Assembly: GCA_036651955.1 (NCBI GenBank)
Contig: JAVVWU010000002.1
Coordinates: 6,459-70,458, forward strand
DNA: 64,000 nucleotides
From: Kiritimatiellia bacterium
Lineage (GTDB): Bacteria > Verrucomicrobiota > Kiritimatiellia > RFP12 > DVOR01
Direction: 5' to 3'
Shown here in pieces: positions 28,731 to 38,698 of the stretch (the first letter of the stretch is position 1; the number at the start of each line of letters is the position of its first letter). The notes beneath the pieces were generated by a model. The model ran no database searches. It was not told the DNA's origin and saw only the letters and a program-made list of their open reading frames with translations. The translations under genes were made by a program, and so were the position numbers.

Positions 28731-30815
28731 ATGAAACAGACTTTTCTTTTGTTGTTTACAATCTTTGCTGGCTTGCTGGCGGGAATAGCCTATCGTCTTT
28801 ATGGGCAGTGGACGGGAGAGGCTTCGGTGTGGGGCGTGATTGTGCCGAGTATGGTTGCTGCATTATCGTTGGCATGGTTGACGCGTCGGTGGGTAGGGGG
28901 AAGAGGTTGTGCTGCGCTGGCGGTTCTTTGTGCGGTGATGGCCTTTTCAATGTTTGGTCATACCGTGCAAATGGTTCACGACTGGACATTCCTTTCGCTT
29001 AAAATCAATCTGACGTATCGGGAGTGGTGGCTGTTCGTATTAAATCATGCCATGATGTGGTTCGTGCCATTAGCGTTCACGCTCGTTTATATTTGGCGGT
29101 GCAATGCGATTCCTCGTGGTCGTATGACGGCGTTTGTGGGTGCATGTGTCGGGCTTATTTTGGCGCGATTGATGGTGGGAAGAATGTCCACAACATTGTT
29201 GATAGACATTTGCCTTGTTGGACTTTTACTTTCGGCTCCTGCATGGTTGGCAGCGGAGTTGCGGGGGAAATGGACGCGAGGATCGGCATTTGTACTTGCT
29301 GTAGTTCTTTTAGTCGGATGGTATTTTACTTCGCGTTCTGCACCGCAAGAATTATTACGGGATGTGAATCCATTTGCAACGATTGCCACGCGCGATTTGC
29401 TTTATACGGGAATTGGTACGGAGGGAGTGACGTTGCGGGAAGGTCGTTTACTTCGACGTGTTGGATTTGATACCGCCTCCAGTTTTGCCTCGCAACTGAT
29501 TCCAACGCTGTTGAAGCCTCAGACGAATGCGCGTATTGCGGTGCGGCTTCTTGCCGGTGGTGAAGCACTTCCGACCTATGATGTGAATGAACTTAAAGGT
29601 CAATATGATGCTTTGTACGTGGAGCTTCCGCCGGCATGGGTGACTTCCGAAAGAGATTATTTTGGAACGGCGGCACTGGATGCGGCATTGACGCATTTGT
29701 TTCAGGATGGTGTACTCGTTTATGCGATGGATGCAAGATGCCTTGATGCTCGAATGATGATGGAGCGTGTGGCGATTCTTCGTCAACGATTTGGAAATGT
29801 TCAGCTTTGGATGACAGGACGTGACCAATGGCAATTAGTTGCTTCGCGTTCGCCTATTACGACGGACTTTGTGGCGGTTTCAACGCTTTTGGATCGTCCC
29901 GAATTAGCGCATGCTCTTTTTGCCGCAGAGATTGATACTGCCATAAGTTTGTTCTCCTGCTTTATCGCAGAGGCGTCGGCGTTGGATAAAGCTTTGGCGG
30001 AACCAATCTCGCCGGAAATTCGTCCACGTGAGTCTACTCTCGCACGTAAGCTCCTGTTTGATGGTATTGGGAGCCAACGTTTATCAAAGGAGTTTGAACC
30101 TTTTCGTGATTATGAAATGTCGTGGGTGAAAGTTCCGACGGAATCGGGCGAGGATCTTCGTGCGGTATTAAAGGTCTTACAAACGGCGCGTCATTTGGCA
30201 ATTGAAGGGAAGCTCAAAGAAGCCTCTGAAATGAATCCTTGTGACCCTTATTTACTCGGGCTTGCAGATCGTGAAATCTCAAATGCACGTGCATGGGAGA
30301 AACTTGCGGAGCATGAAAAAGCAATCGCGTCCTATCTCTCTGCATTTGCGATTGCAAAGCCCAGCCTCATTGATGTGTTAGCGGCAGCGAGTATTGTCGA
30401 AGAAACAAGAACTCCTGAACGTGCTGAGCTGCTTTATAAACTCGCACATGATTTGGCGCCTGATAATATGGCTTATCTCTTCCAATATATGTCCTTCTTG
30501 AAAAATCGTAAACAGTATGTGAAAGCTCAGCAGATTGCAGACCGCGTTGTCTGTTTGGCGGGATCGTTCGATCTTGCCACACGTGCGATGCTTTTTTCTG
30601 CACAGATGGTCGTGCAGCAAGGGCGTGTCAAAGAGGGATTGGAAACGGCACGCCAATTGGCGGAGGCGGCTCAAACATCAGTCGATAAAGATTATTTTAT
30701 CCTCGCTTATGCTCAACTGCTCATTGATACGGGGTCGCCTGTTTTGGGGATCAATGTTAAACGACACTATGCTGCTTATCATGAACTGTTACCGCAGAAA
30801 GAGGAGAGAAAATGA
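28731..30815 (+). CDS. Polytopic membrane protein with a spermidine-synthase-like fold and a C-terminal TPR-like region
   Basis: Many TM helices, then LYVELPP...GVLVYA, then helical repeats. Assignment is tentative. Confidence 0.45.
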   Translation: MKQTFLLLFTIFAGLLAGIAYRLYGQWTGEASVWGVIVPSMVAALSLAWLTRRWVGGRGCAALAVLCAVMAFSMFGHTVQMVHDWTFLSLKINLTYREWWLFVLNHAMMWFVPLAFTLVYIWRCNAIPRGRMTAFVGACVGLILARLMVGRMSTTLLIDICLVGLLLSAPAWLAAELRGKWTRGSAFVLAVVLLVGWYFTSRSAPQELLRDVNPFATIATRDLLYTGIGTEGVTLREGRLLRRVGFDTASSFASQLIPTLLKPQTNARIAVRLLAGGEALPTYDVNELKGQYDALYVELPPAWVTSERDYFGTAALDAALTHLFQDGVLVYAMDARCLDARMMMERVAILRQRFGNVQLWMTGRDQWQLVASRSPITTDFVAVSTLLDRPELAHALFAAEIDTAISLFSCFIAEASALDKALAEPISPEIRPRESTLARKLLFDGIGSQRLSKEFEPFRDYEMSWVKVPTESGEDLRAVLKVLQTARHLAIEGKLKEASEMNPCDPYLLGLADREISNARAWEKLAEHEKAIASYLSAFAIAKPSLIDVLAAASIVEETRTPERAELLYKLAHDLAPDNMAYLFQYMSFLKNRKQYVKAQQIADRVVCLAGSFDLATRAMLFSAQMVVQQGRVKEGLETARQLAEAAQTSVDKDYFILAYAQLLIDTGSPVLGINVKRHYAAYHELLPQKEERK

Positions 30816-31423
30816 AAAAACAGGTATTGATTCTTGGTGCGGGCGGTTTGGGGCGTGAAGTCTTTCATTGGGCACACGATTGCGGTTATGAAGTCCTTGG
30901 GCTGATAGACGACAATCAAAATGCGCTTGAAGGCTACAAAGGTTACGCCCATATTCTCGGAGGCGTTGATGATATTCCTCTTATGGCGCCTATTATTTGT
31001 GGCGTTGGTAAAAGTGCGGTGCGTCGAGCCTGTGTAGAACGGTTGCTCGTGCGCGGTGCAGAATTTGTTTCTTGTGTTCATCCGCTAGCGAAAGTTTTGG
31101 ACGGGAGTACGTTTGGGCGTGGAGCAGTGATTGCGCCCTTTGCCTATGTTGGAGCAGATGTGAACGTTGGCGATTTTCTTTTTATGCAGACAGGTGCAGT
31201 TTTAGGGCACGATGTTGCGGCAGGTGATTTTTTGCGAATGGATACCACCGCATTCGTTGGCGGTTTTTCGCAAATTGGAAATGATGTGACGCTTTATACC
31301 GGTGCAAAGGTAATGCCGGGGAAAACAGTGGGTGACCATTGTACGCTTGGGGCAGGATCGGTTCTGCTCAATAATTTATATGCAGGAGCAACGGCATTTG
31401 GTGTTCCTGCTCAAAAGATTTAA
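30812..31423 (+). CDS. NeuD/PglD-family sugar N-acetyltransferase, paralog C
   Basis: MKKQVLILGAGGLGRE with hexapeptide repeats. Confidence 0.8.
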   Translation: MKKQVLILGAGGLGREVFHWAHDCGYEVLGLIDDNQNALEGYKGYAHILGGVDDIPLMAPIICGVGKSAVRRACVERLLVRGAEFVSCVHPLAKVLDGSTFGRGAVIAPFAYVGADVNVGDFLFMQTGAVLGHDVAAGDFLRMDTTAFVGGFSQIGNDVTLYTGAKVMPGKTVGDHCTLGAGSVLLNNLYAGATAFGVPAQKI

Positions 31424-31463
31424 TATTAAGATTCGCTCATGCCGCGAGAGAATGTCTCGGCGA

Positions 31464-32312
31464 TTATCTTTTAGAGAGTAACGTTCGCACCGTATCAAGT
31501 AAGGCTTCTGGCGTTGAAGCGCCTGACGTTAACCCGAGATGTCGAACGTTTGAAAGGTCGAGTGAGGAAAGCTCTTCGGGGGAGGCGATGAGATCGGTTG
31601 GGCAGCCTGCGGACTGAGCAACTTCTGCCAGCCGCTTGGAATTAGAAGAGGTGCGTGATCCGATTACAATCATATGATCGACGTGTCGGGTCAGCGCACG
31701 GACGGCATCTTGGCGTTCTTGTGTGGCATAACAAATATCATGGTGCTTCGGGATTACAATATTGAATCCTCGCCGTTTGAGCTCGGCAATACACATTTCA
31801 TACATTTCACTACTGATGGTCGTTTGCGAAAGCACTGCAAGCGTGGCGTGGGTTGGTTCTAAAAGTTGAATGTCAGCAAGCGTTTCAATGACGGTAATGT
31901 AAGGCGTTGCTTCTCCAACGATTCCTGTAATCTCATCGTGTCCTTTATGCCCAATGAGGACAATTGGAATTTTCTGCGCGGCGAACGTTTTGGCTTCTTC
32001 GTGAACTTTCGCAACGAAAGGGCACGTGGCGTCAACAATTTCAAGATGACGTGCAAAGGCTTCCGCGCGAATGGCGGGACTGACCCCATGAGCCGAAAAG
32101 AGCGTTCGCGCTCCGTATGGGATAAGTGCTAAATCTTGTACAAACTTTACGCCACGATTTCGAAGAGCGGTTACCACATGTTCATTGTGAACAATCTCGT
32201 GGAAGCACCAAAGTGTTTCTCCGCGATGTGCCGTCAATATTTCATCTGCAATGCGAAGTGCTCTCGCAACGCCCGTACACATTCCATGAGGTTCGGCAAC
32301 AGAAATTTCCAA
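31464..32312 (-). CDS. ispH: 4-hydroxy-3-methylbut-2-enyl diphosphate reductase
   Basis: IspH/LytB fold with conserved Cys and His residues. Confidence 0.9.
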   Translation of the reverse strand: MEISVAEPHGMCTGVARALRIADEILTAHRGETLWCFHEIVHNEHVVTALRNRGVKFVQDLALIPYGARTLFSAHGVSPAIRAEAFARHLEIVDATCPFVAKVHEEAKTFAAQKIPIVLIGHKGHDEITGIVGEATPYITVIETLADIQLLEPTHATLAVLSQTTISSEMYEMCIAELKRRGFNIVIPKHHDICYATQERQDAVRALTRHVDHMIVIGSRTSSNSKRLAEVAQSAGCPTDLIASPEELSSLDLSNVRHLGLTSGASTPEALLDTVRTLLSKR

Positions 32313-33986
32313 TCAGGGAACTCCCAGAATAGCGGTGAGCTGTTCGATGAGAAGCGGGAGTAACTGTTTCTTACGCGACATTATGCCTTTGCAAAGAAAG
32401 ACATTGTCGGCACCCAATTTCGGGAAGGGAATTTTTGCAATGAACCGTTGATCTCCAGCGACGAGGAGAACGGAGTTGAGAGCGGTAATATCGGTGACCA
32501 TAAGTGCGGCAAAGAAAAGTTTTTCGGACGTTCCACGTGCCTTGAGGGCTTCGAGAAGCTCGGGAATACGGGCGTTAAGTCCATCGGAGGTGTCAATTTC
32601 AATCTGTGAAACAGAGAAGCTGACACTCCCTTCGTTATAAGCCTTCGTATCCATCGAAAGAATCTTCTCGACTGAGAGGTCGGTTAAACGAGAGGCATGC
32701 GAGAAAATATCACGGGCGAGTTCAGCGATATCAAGGTTGAGTAATCCGGAGAGATACTCAGCCATATTACGGTCAACATCGGTTGTTGTTGGCGATTGAA
32801 GCGCGAGGGTGTCGGTGATAATCGCCGAAAGTAATAGCCCGGCAATGGGTGACGTAAGCGTTGCCTTCTGCTCTTGATAAAGGCACGCGATGACCGTTGC
32901 TGTTGACCCGACAACGCGGTTAATAAAGGTAATCGGGACGTGTGTCGCAAAGTTGCCGAGCTTGTGGTGATCAATAATCTCAATGATACGGAATTGATCA
33001 AGCCCTTCTACTGCGAGGGATAGCTCATTGTGATCCACCATAATGATGTCAACATTGGGCTGCTTGTAAAGATCGCGTTCATTGATGATACCAATGACGT
33101 GATTATCTTCATCGACAACAGGAAGTGAACGTGTCGGGGAGCTTTGCACAAACTGATGAATGTCACGTACCAGATCCGAGGTGCAGACGGCGTGAATAGA
33201 CGTCGTCGCCATAGTGGATACCGGCATCGAGTAAAGCATCAGATAAATCGTGGAAGCAATGTCATAAGGTGAAATGAGGACGGAAATACCAGCCTCTTCC
33301 GCTTTCGCATACGTTTCTTTTGAAAGCGGAAGCCCACTCGTGAGAACGATGGCGCGAACTTTGTAGCGAATGCAGAGATCAAGGATAGAGGCGCGATTTT
33401 CGACTAAGGCGATGGCATTGGTCGGGAGTTCTGTCTTGAGGATTTGTTCAAATGCTTCTTTGGTGGATCCGGCGACAAGGAGTCGAGATTTTATCACTTC
33501 GTCTGCGTGAAAGGTCAGGAGCGGTTGTGCGCGGAGTGTATTGATGAGCAGGTTAATACTGGTGGGAATAATCGCCTTACGGTGCGGATCGGTTTTATGC
33601 ACCATGTTTTCCGTAAAGGTGTGGTGCGAGAGAAACGAAAGATAATGATTGTGTACATCTGTCACAGGAATGGCAGGAATCTGTTTGCGATCCATCAATT
33701 CCAAGGCATCCCAAAGTGCGGTACCTTCTTGTACCATAATGGGATCGCCTTCGGGCATGAAATATTCGACTTTCGGAAGCATGTCGGGGATAAACGTAGG
33801 CGCAGGGACAGCAAACCGTTGCAAAATGTATTCGGTTTGAGGTGTAAGTTTGCCCGCACGAGCAGGCATACAGTTAACATAACCTTGCTGCTGTTTAAGT
33901 GTGGCGTAGGCAATTGCAGAAACAATGGAATCGGTATCAGGGTTCCGATGACCAATGACAATAGTTTTACGTAAAAGATCGTTCAT
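32313..33986 (-). CDS. CBS-domain-containing family-II (DHH/DHHA2) inorganic pyrophosphatase
   Basis: HRNPDTDS DHH motif, CBS pair and DRTGG insert, DHHA2 at the C-terminus. Confidence 0.75.
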   Translation of the reverse strand: MNDLLRKTIVIGHRNPDTDSIVSAIAYATLKQQQGYVNCMPARAGKLTPQTEYILQRFAVPAPTFIPDMLPKVEYFMPEGDPIMVQEGTALWDALELMDRKQIPAIPVTDVHNHYLSFLSHHTFTENMVHKTDPHRKAIIPTSINLLINTLRAQPLLTFHADEVIKSRLLVAGSTKEAFEQILKTELPTNAIALVENRASILDLCIRYKVRAIVLTSGLPLSKETYAKAEEAGISVLISPYDIASTIYLMLYSMPVSTMATTSIHAVCTSDLVRDIHQFVQSSPTRSLPVVDEDNHVIGIINERDLYKQPNVDIIMVDHNELSLAVEGLDQFRIIEIIDHHKLGNFATHVPITFINRVVGSTATVIACLYQEQKATLTSPIAGLLLSAIITDTLALQSPTTTDVDRNMAEYLSGLLNLDIAELARDIFSHASRLTDLSVEKILSMDTKAYNEGSVSFSVSQIEIDTSDGLNARIPELLEALKARGTSEKLFFAALMVTDITALNSVLLVAGDQRFIAKIPFPKLGADNVFLCKGIMSRKKQLLPLLIEQLTAILGVP

Positions 33987-34068
33987 AGCGTCAGTATACC
34001 AAAGGCGGGCGGTACGATCTCTGCCTTTCGTGATAGGTTCGTGTCAAGAGGAGGCGCGGGGATGGGCT

Positions 34069-35454
34069 TTAATTTGCTTCAGGCGTAACGTATTTAGCGG
34101 AGTGCAAGGCTTGGATTGCTTCCTGTGCCAAGAGTTGAAGGGCTTGATGATTTGCGCCATCAAGTTGGGCGGTGTAAAGATCTTTGAGCATTTTCCCAAG
34201 GGCTTGGCTCGGAGACATTCCCATGCTAATAAGGTATTCGCCCGTAATCAGTGGCTTTGGAAGAATGGGTTCGTGCGCGAAGCTTTCGAGTTGTGCGTAT
34301 GCCAAATCATAGAAGTCGAGTTTGGCATGAGATGAAAGGCAATCTACGCGATGAAGTTCTAACTCAATCGGCATCGTGGCACGCCCGAGCATTTTGCGTG
34401 CGGTGGACGGTTTCATCTTCGGAAGTTCGACAAACTGCATATGATAACGAACCGCTGTAACGACTGAATCAACAACTTCATTACATTCTTTGAATCTGCG
34501 TAGAATGGACGCTGCCATTCGTGCGCCAATTTCTGCATGACCCGGCGTGCGGTACCAAGGCGATCCATCGGGTTTCGTACTGACAATCAAGGCGATAGGT
34601 TTCCCGATATCATGCAGGAGAATTGCCCAAACAAGCATTGGATCGCGTGGCGCAGGTGAAAGTGTCAGCATTCGAAGCGTATGTGCCCAAACATCGCCTT
34701 CGGGGTGCCACTGCGGATCTTGTAGACATCCGCGTAAGACACAGAGTTCGGGGAAGAATACGGATAGAAGTTGGCTACTAAAAAGTGCTTCAAGCGCGCA
34801 ATCGGGATGCGCGGAAATACAAAGTGTCCTTAGAAATTCGTTGCGGATTCGTTCAATACTGACAACTCCAAGCGTATGGGCTTCGTGACAGAGCGCGTGC
34901 CATGTCGTTGGTTCAATGACAAAATCGCACGTGTAGGCGAAACGAATGGCACGTAGCATACGCAACCGATCTTCACGAAACCGACAGAGCGGGTCACCAA
35001 TCGCACGAATAATTCCTGCGCGCAGATCCGCTTCGCCACCTACAAAATCAAGAAGACGTTCGGCAATCGGGTCATAAAAAAGTGCGTTAATTGTGAAGTC
35101 GCGGCGTTGAGCATCATGTTCTGCTGATGAAAATGCAATCGTTTGCGGATGCCGTCCATCTTGATAACCACCGTCTGTACGAAATGTCGCGACATCATAT
35201 GAAATGCCGTTGAGTACAACGAGCATCACGCCAAAACTTTTTCCAACACCAATGCTTTGCGAGGGGAAAAGAGCGGCGACTTCATCTGGTGTCGCGGAGG
35301 TGGCGATATCCATATCAGAGAAAGATTTTCCGCGAAGGGTATCTCGGACACAGCCGCCGGCGAAGTAAGCTTCATAGCCCGATTGTTGCAACTGACGCAC
35401 CAACCGTTGCGCTTGTTCAACGAGGTGAGGAATAGAACTTTTGAAGCACAACAT
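34069..35454 (-). CDS. CCA-adding enzyme / poly(A) polymerase family with an HD domain
   Basis: GGCVRD head domain. HDIGKP HD motif. Confidence 0.8.
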   Translation of the reverse strand: MLCFKSSIPHLVEQAQRLVRQLQQSGYEAYFAGGCVRDTLRGKSFSDMDIATSATPDEVAALFPSQSIGVGKSFGVMLVVLNGISYDVATFRTDGGYQDGRHPQTIAFSSAEHDAQRRDFTINALFYDPIAERLLDFVGGEADLRAGIIRAIGDPLCRFREDRLRMLRAIRFAYTCDFVIEPTTWHALCHEAHTLGVVSIERIRNEFLRTLCISAHPDCALEALFSSQLLSVFFPELCVLRGCLQDPQWHPEGDVWAHTLRMLTLSPAPRDPMLVWAILLHDIGKPIALIVSTKPDGSPWYRTPGHAEIGARMAASILRRFKECNEVVDSVVTAVRYHMQFVELPKMKPSTARKMLGRATMPIELELHRVDCLSSHAKLDFYDLAYAQLESFAHEPILPKPLITGEYLISMGMSPSQALGKMLKDLYTAQLDGANHQALQLLAQEAIQALHSAKYVTPEAN

Positions 35455-35479
35455 AATGAACTCAGTGTAACACAGGTTT

Positions 35480-36643
35480 TTAGATTCTACCTTTGAAATG
35501 TTTCCGAAGGTTATCCAGCGTTTTGAAAAGTCGTTCCTCTCGTTCGCGCGGATGTGTTACCGGCGTGACACGTGCGAAAAGATCATCAGGCACAGGTGGA
35601 GTGGGGGAGGAAACAAGGTTATCAACGCCAAATCCAATCAAACGAATCGGAGACTTCTCAAGATGCGTTTCCAGTAGCCGTTGTGCCAAAGCGCGCAAGG
35701 CGAAATCGTCACAGACAGGAGTGTCAAAGGTCGCTTGCCGTGTCACGGTGCGAAATCCTGTATAACGGAGTTTAAGTTTACCTGTCCTTGCCCATACACC
35801 CGCCGCGCGAAGCCGATACGCTACATCATCGGCGAGCATTCGCAAATCTTTTCGCAAACGCTCGTAATCATCGGTATCTTCCGGATAAGTCAGTTCACGT
35901 GAATAAGATTTCTCTTCACGCTCCGGTTGAACAGGTGCCGAATCTCGTCCAAAGGCAATGGCAGAAAGATGTGCGGCAAGACCGGGCGTTGTTAATGCTG
36001 TTAATGTTTCAGGTGCAGCACATTGAATGTCATGAACGGTGCGTAATCCTCCTGCTTCGAGTTGCGCGGCAAGCGTGTCACCAACGCCCCAAAGCTTGCG
36101 AACGGATTTCGATCCTAACCATCGCAACTGTTCCTGAATATTTTCCGGGACTTCAAAAAGCCCATCGGGCTTACGCTCTTCACTGGCGAGCTTTGCCAAA
36201 AACTTATTGGGCGCAATACCAACACTGGCGGTCAATCCAAGCTCATTGGCAATGCGTGCTTTGATTTTCTTCGCAAGTGTAACTGGATCACCTAATAGTC
36301 GGCGTACACCGGTGACGTCCAAAAACGCCTCATCGACACTGACACCTTCCACGAGTGGTGTAGCGTCACTAAAAATGGCAAACACCTGTTGGCTGACTTC
36401 GTGATAACGGGCGATGCGTGGGCGGATGAAAATACCTTTAGGACAAAGTTCATACGCTAAACAAGAGGGCATAGCAGAGTGAACGCCAAAGGCTCTTGCC
36501 TCATAGGAGCACGTTGAAACAACGCCACGTTGATCGGGAGGCGCACCTACAATCACCGGACAGCCTTTCCACTCGGGATGGTCGTGTTGCTCCACCGAAG
36601 CAAAAAAAGCGTCCATATCAATATGTAAAATAACTCTCTCCAT
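35480..36643 (-). CDS. dinB: DNA polymerase IV
   Basis: ILHIDMDAFFASVE, Y-family polymerase. Confidence 0.9.
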   Translation of the reverse strand: MERVILHIDMDAFFASVEQHDHPEWKGCPVIVGAPPDQRGVVSTCSYEARAFGVHSAMPSCLAYELCPKGIFIRPRIARYHEVSQQVFAIFSDATPLVEGVSVDEAFLDVTGVRRLLGDPVTLAKKIKARIANELGLTASVGIAPNKFLAKLASEERKPDGLFEVPENIQEQLRWLGSKSVRKLWGVGDTLAAQLEAGGLRTVHDIQCAAPETLTALTTPGLAAHLSAIAFGRDSAPVQPEREEKSYSRELTYPEDTDDYERLRKDLRMLADDVAYRLRAAGVWARTGKLKLRYTGFRTVTRQATFDTPVCDDFALRALAQRLLETHLEKSPIRLIGFGVDNLVSSPTPPVPDDLFARVTPVTHPREREERLFKTLDNLRKHFKGRI

Positions 36644-36696
36644 AGCGATATTATACTTCTTTGTGGAGCGTGGGCAGTGCAGAGGAGGAGTAGCTT

Positions 36697-36731
36697 CATA
36701 AAATAGCCCTCCGGGGAAATCCCAGAGGGCT
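36697..36731 (-). terminator. Rho-independent terminator downstream of pgk
   Basis: Minus strand: agccctc-N13-gagggct followed by atttt. Confidence 0.55.
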
Positions 36732-36754
36732 TATTGAATCATTCGAAGACGATC

Positions 36755-38011
36755 TTATTTCTTGTCGGTCAGTGCTGCCACACCGGGAAGGAGTTTGCCT
36801 TCAAGGTATTCAAGCGATGCACCACCACCGGTAGAAATGTGGCTCATCTGATCTGCAAGTCCTGATTTCTTGACCGCGCTGACAGAATCGCCGCCACCAA
36901 TAATGGAGATACCGCCATTGGCTTTGACCTGTGCAACGGCTTCGCAGACACCAAAGGTTCCCTTTGCAAATGCCGGCATTTCAAAACAGCCCATCGGGCC
37001 ATTCCAAACAACGGTCTTGGCACCCTTGACGGCGTCCGCGAAAAGTTGAATGGTCTCCGGACCAATATCCAGTCCCATCCAACCATCTGCGATATCATCA
37101 TTATTAATCTTGGTATTCGCATCAGGTGCGAAACGATCCGCGATAATGTTATCGACAGGAAGCAGGAACTTCACGCCTTTTTCCTTTGCGAGAGCAATCA
37201 TATCTTTCGCATACTGGACTTGATCGGGTTCGCAGAGCGAATTGCCAATCTTATGCCCTTGCGCCACGAGGAACGTATACGCCATGCCACCGCCTACAAT
37301 GAGCGTATCCACCTTCGAGAGAAGATTTTGCACCACGGCGAGCTTGTCAGAAACTTTTGCACCGCCCAAAATGGCAACGAAAGGACGCACCGGTGTTTCT
37401 ACTGCATTACCGAGATATTGGATTTCTTTTTCTAACAGGAATCCCGAAACAGCAACAGGCGCATACTTCGCAATTACTGCCGTGGAGGCATGACTGCGGT
37501 GTGCAGCACCAAAGGCGTCATTACAATAAATAGAACCATAAGAAGCAAGCTTCTCTGCCATCGCTTCACGTGCAGCCTTGAGTTCTGCTTTTTTCTGTGC
37601 GAGCACTTCATCCGTCATGCCCTCGGCTTTTTTGACCTTACCATCTTCTGCCTTGTAGAAGCGTGTGTTTTCTAACATGATGATTTCGCCCGGCTTAAGA
37701 GCCGCCGCTTCCGCTTCCGCCTTCATGCAATCAGCAACAAAAACAACGGGTTTACCAAGGCATTTTGCGAGATAGTCGGCAACAGGCTTAAGCGAAAATT
37801 CCGCTTCGTATCCATTCCCTTTCGGGCGCCCGAGGTGGCTCATCAAAACGAGCGAACCGCCGTGTTCGAGAACGTAATTGATTGAAACGAGTGCCCCTTG
37901 AATACGGTTGTCATCTGTAATGACACCATTCTTCATCGGAACATTAAAGTCCACGCGCATTACCACACGTTTACCATGGAGATCTACATCACGCAACGTC
38001 ATTTTGCTCAT
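36755..38011 (-). CDS. pgk: Phosphoglycerate kinase
   Basis: PGK signature regions. 418 aa. Confidence 0.95.
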   Translation of the reverse strand: MSKMTLRDVDLHGKRVVMRVDFNVPMKNGVITDDNRIQGALVSINYVLEHGGSLVLMSHLGRPKGNGYEAEFSLKPVADYLAKCLGKPVVFVADCMKAEAEAAALKPGEIIMLENTRFYKAEDGKVKKAEGMTDEVLAQKKAELKAAREAMAEKLASYGSIYCNDAFGAAHRSHASTAVIAKYAPVAVSGFLLEKEIQYLGNAVETPVRPFVAILGGAKVSDKLAVVQNLLSKVDTLIVGGGMAYTFLVAQGHKIGNSLCEPDQVQYAKDMIALAKEKGVKFLLPVDNIIADRFAPDANTKINNDDIADGWMGLDIGPETIQLFADAVKGAKTVVWNGPMGCFEMPAFAKGTFGVCEAVAQVKANGGISIIGGGDSVSAVKKSGLADQMSHISTGGGASLEYLEGKLLPGVAALTDKK

Positions 38012-38280
38012 TACAGTTTCCTTTTAATTGAATAACAAAGAATCGTTCAGAAGTATAGAATATTTCGATAATAAAGTCGAGTATACTCATGCCTCTGCGT
38101 TTCTTCTTCAATCTTATTATGGCTACGTCTCACGTTTTTGGAATGTAAAGTATTACAAAGGTGCTATTCTTTTGTTATTATTCTCTTTTATTGCCAATAT
38201 ACGTATTGTGGAATTGAAGCGAAAAAGCACTTGCGTATTCTTGTCCTTCTTTGATATCCTACTCGGTACTTTATTTGAAA

Positions 38281-38357
38281 CGGAGCGTAGCGCAGCCTGG
38301 TAGCGCGTTTGGTTCGGGACCAAAAGGTCGAGGGTTCAAATCCCTCCGCTCCGACCA
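38281..38357 (+). tRNA. tRNA-Pro (CGG)
   Basis: Cloverleaf by hand. Anticodon loop ttCGGga. 3' CCA is encoded. Confidence 0.8.
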
Positions 38358-38374
38358 TTACTTAAGGTAACGTC

Positions 38375-38459
38375 GCACCCGTGGTGGAATTGGCAGACAC
38401 GTAAGATTCAGGTTCTTATGTCGAGAGACGTGTGGGTTCGAGTCCCACCGGGTGCACCA
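38375..38459 (+). tRNA. tRNA-Leu (CAG), class II with a long variable arm
   Basis: Anticodon loop ttCAGgt. T-loop TTCGAGT. CCA is encoded. Confidence 0.8.
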
Positions 38460-38473
38460 CATGACTCCATGAT

Positions 38474-38548
38474 GCCCCCATCGTCTATCGGCTAGGACAC
38501 AAGGTTCTCATCCTTGGAAGAGCAGTCCGACTCTGCTTGGGGGTGCCA
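38474..38548 (+). tRNA. tRNA-Glu (CTC), with a G1-U72 wobble and a TCC T-loop
   Basis: Anticodon loop ttCTCat. The acceptor and T-loop are atypical, so this needs tRNAscan confirmation. Confidence 0.55.
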
Positions 38549-38551
38549 TCT

Positions 38552-38641
38552 GGAGAGGTGGCAGAGCCTGGTTGAATGCACATGACTCGAAATCATGCGT
38601 GCCGCAAGGTACCGTGGGTCCAAATCCCACCCTCTCCGCCA
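38552..38641 (+). tRNA. tRNA-Ser (CGA), class II
   Basis: Acceptor ggagagg/cctctcc. Anticodon loop ctCGAaa. Long variable arm. CCA is encoded. Confidence 0.75.
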
Positions 38642-38652
38642 TTTTATTATAT

Positions 38653-38686
38653 CGGCCATCTCCTCAACGAGGTGGCCGTTCTTTTG
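38653..38686 (+). terminator. Rho-independent terminator after the tRNA cluster
   Basis: cggccatctc-ctcaac-gaggtggccg followed by ttcttttg. Confidence 0.6.
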
Positions 38687-38698
38687 GAGTAAAAGACT

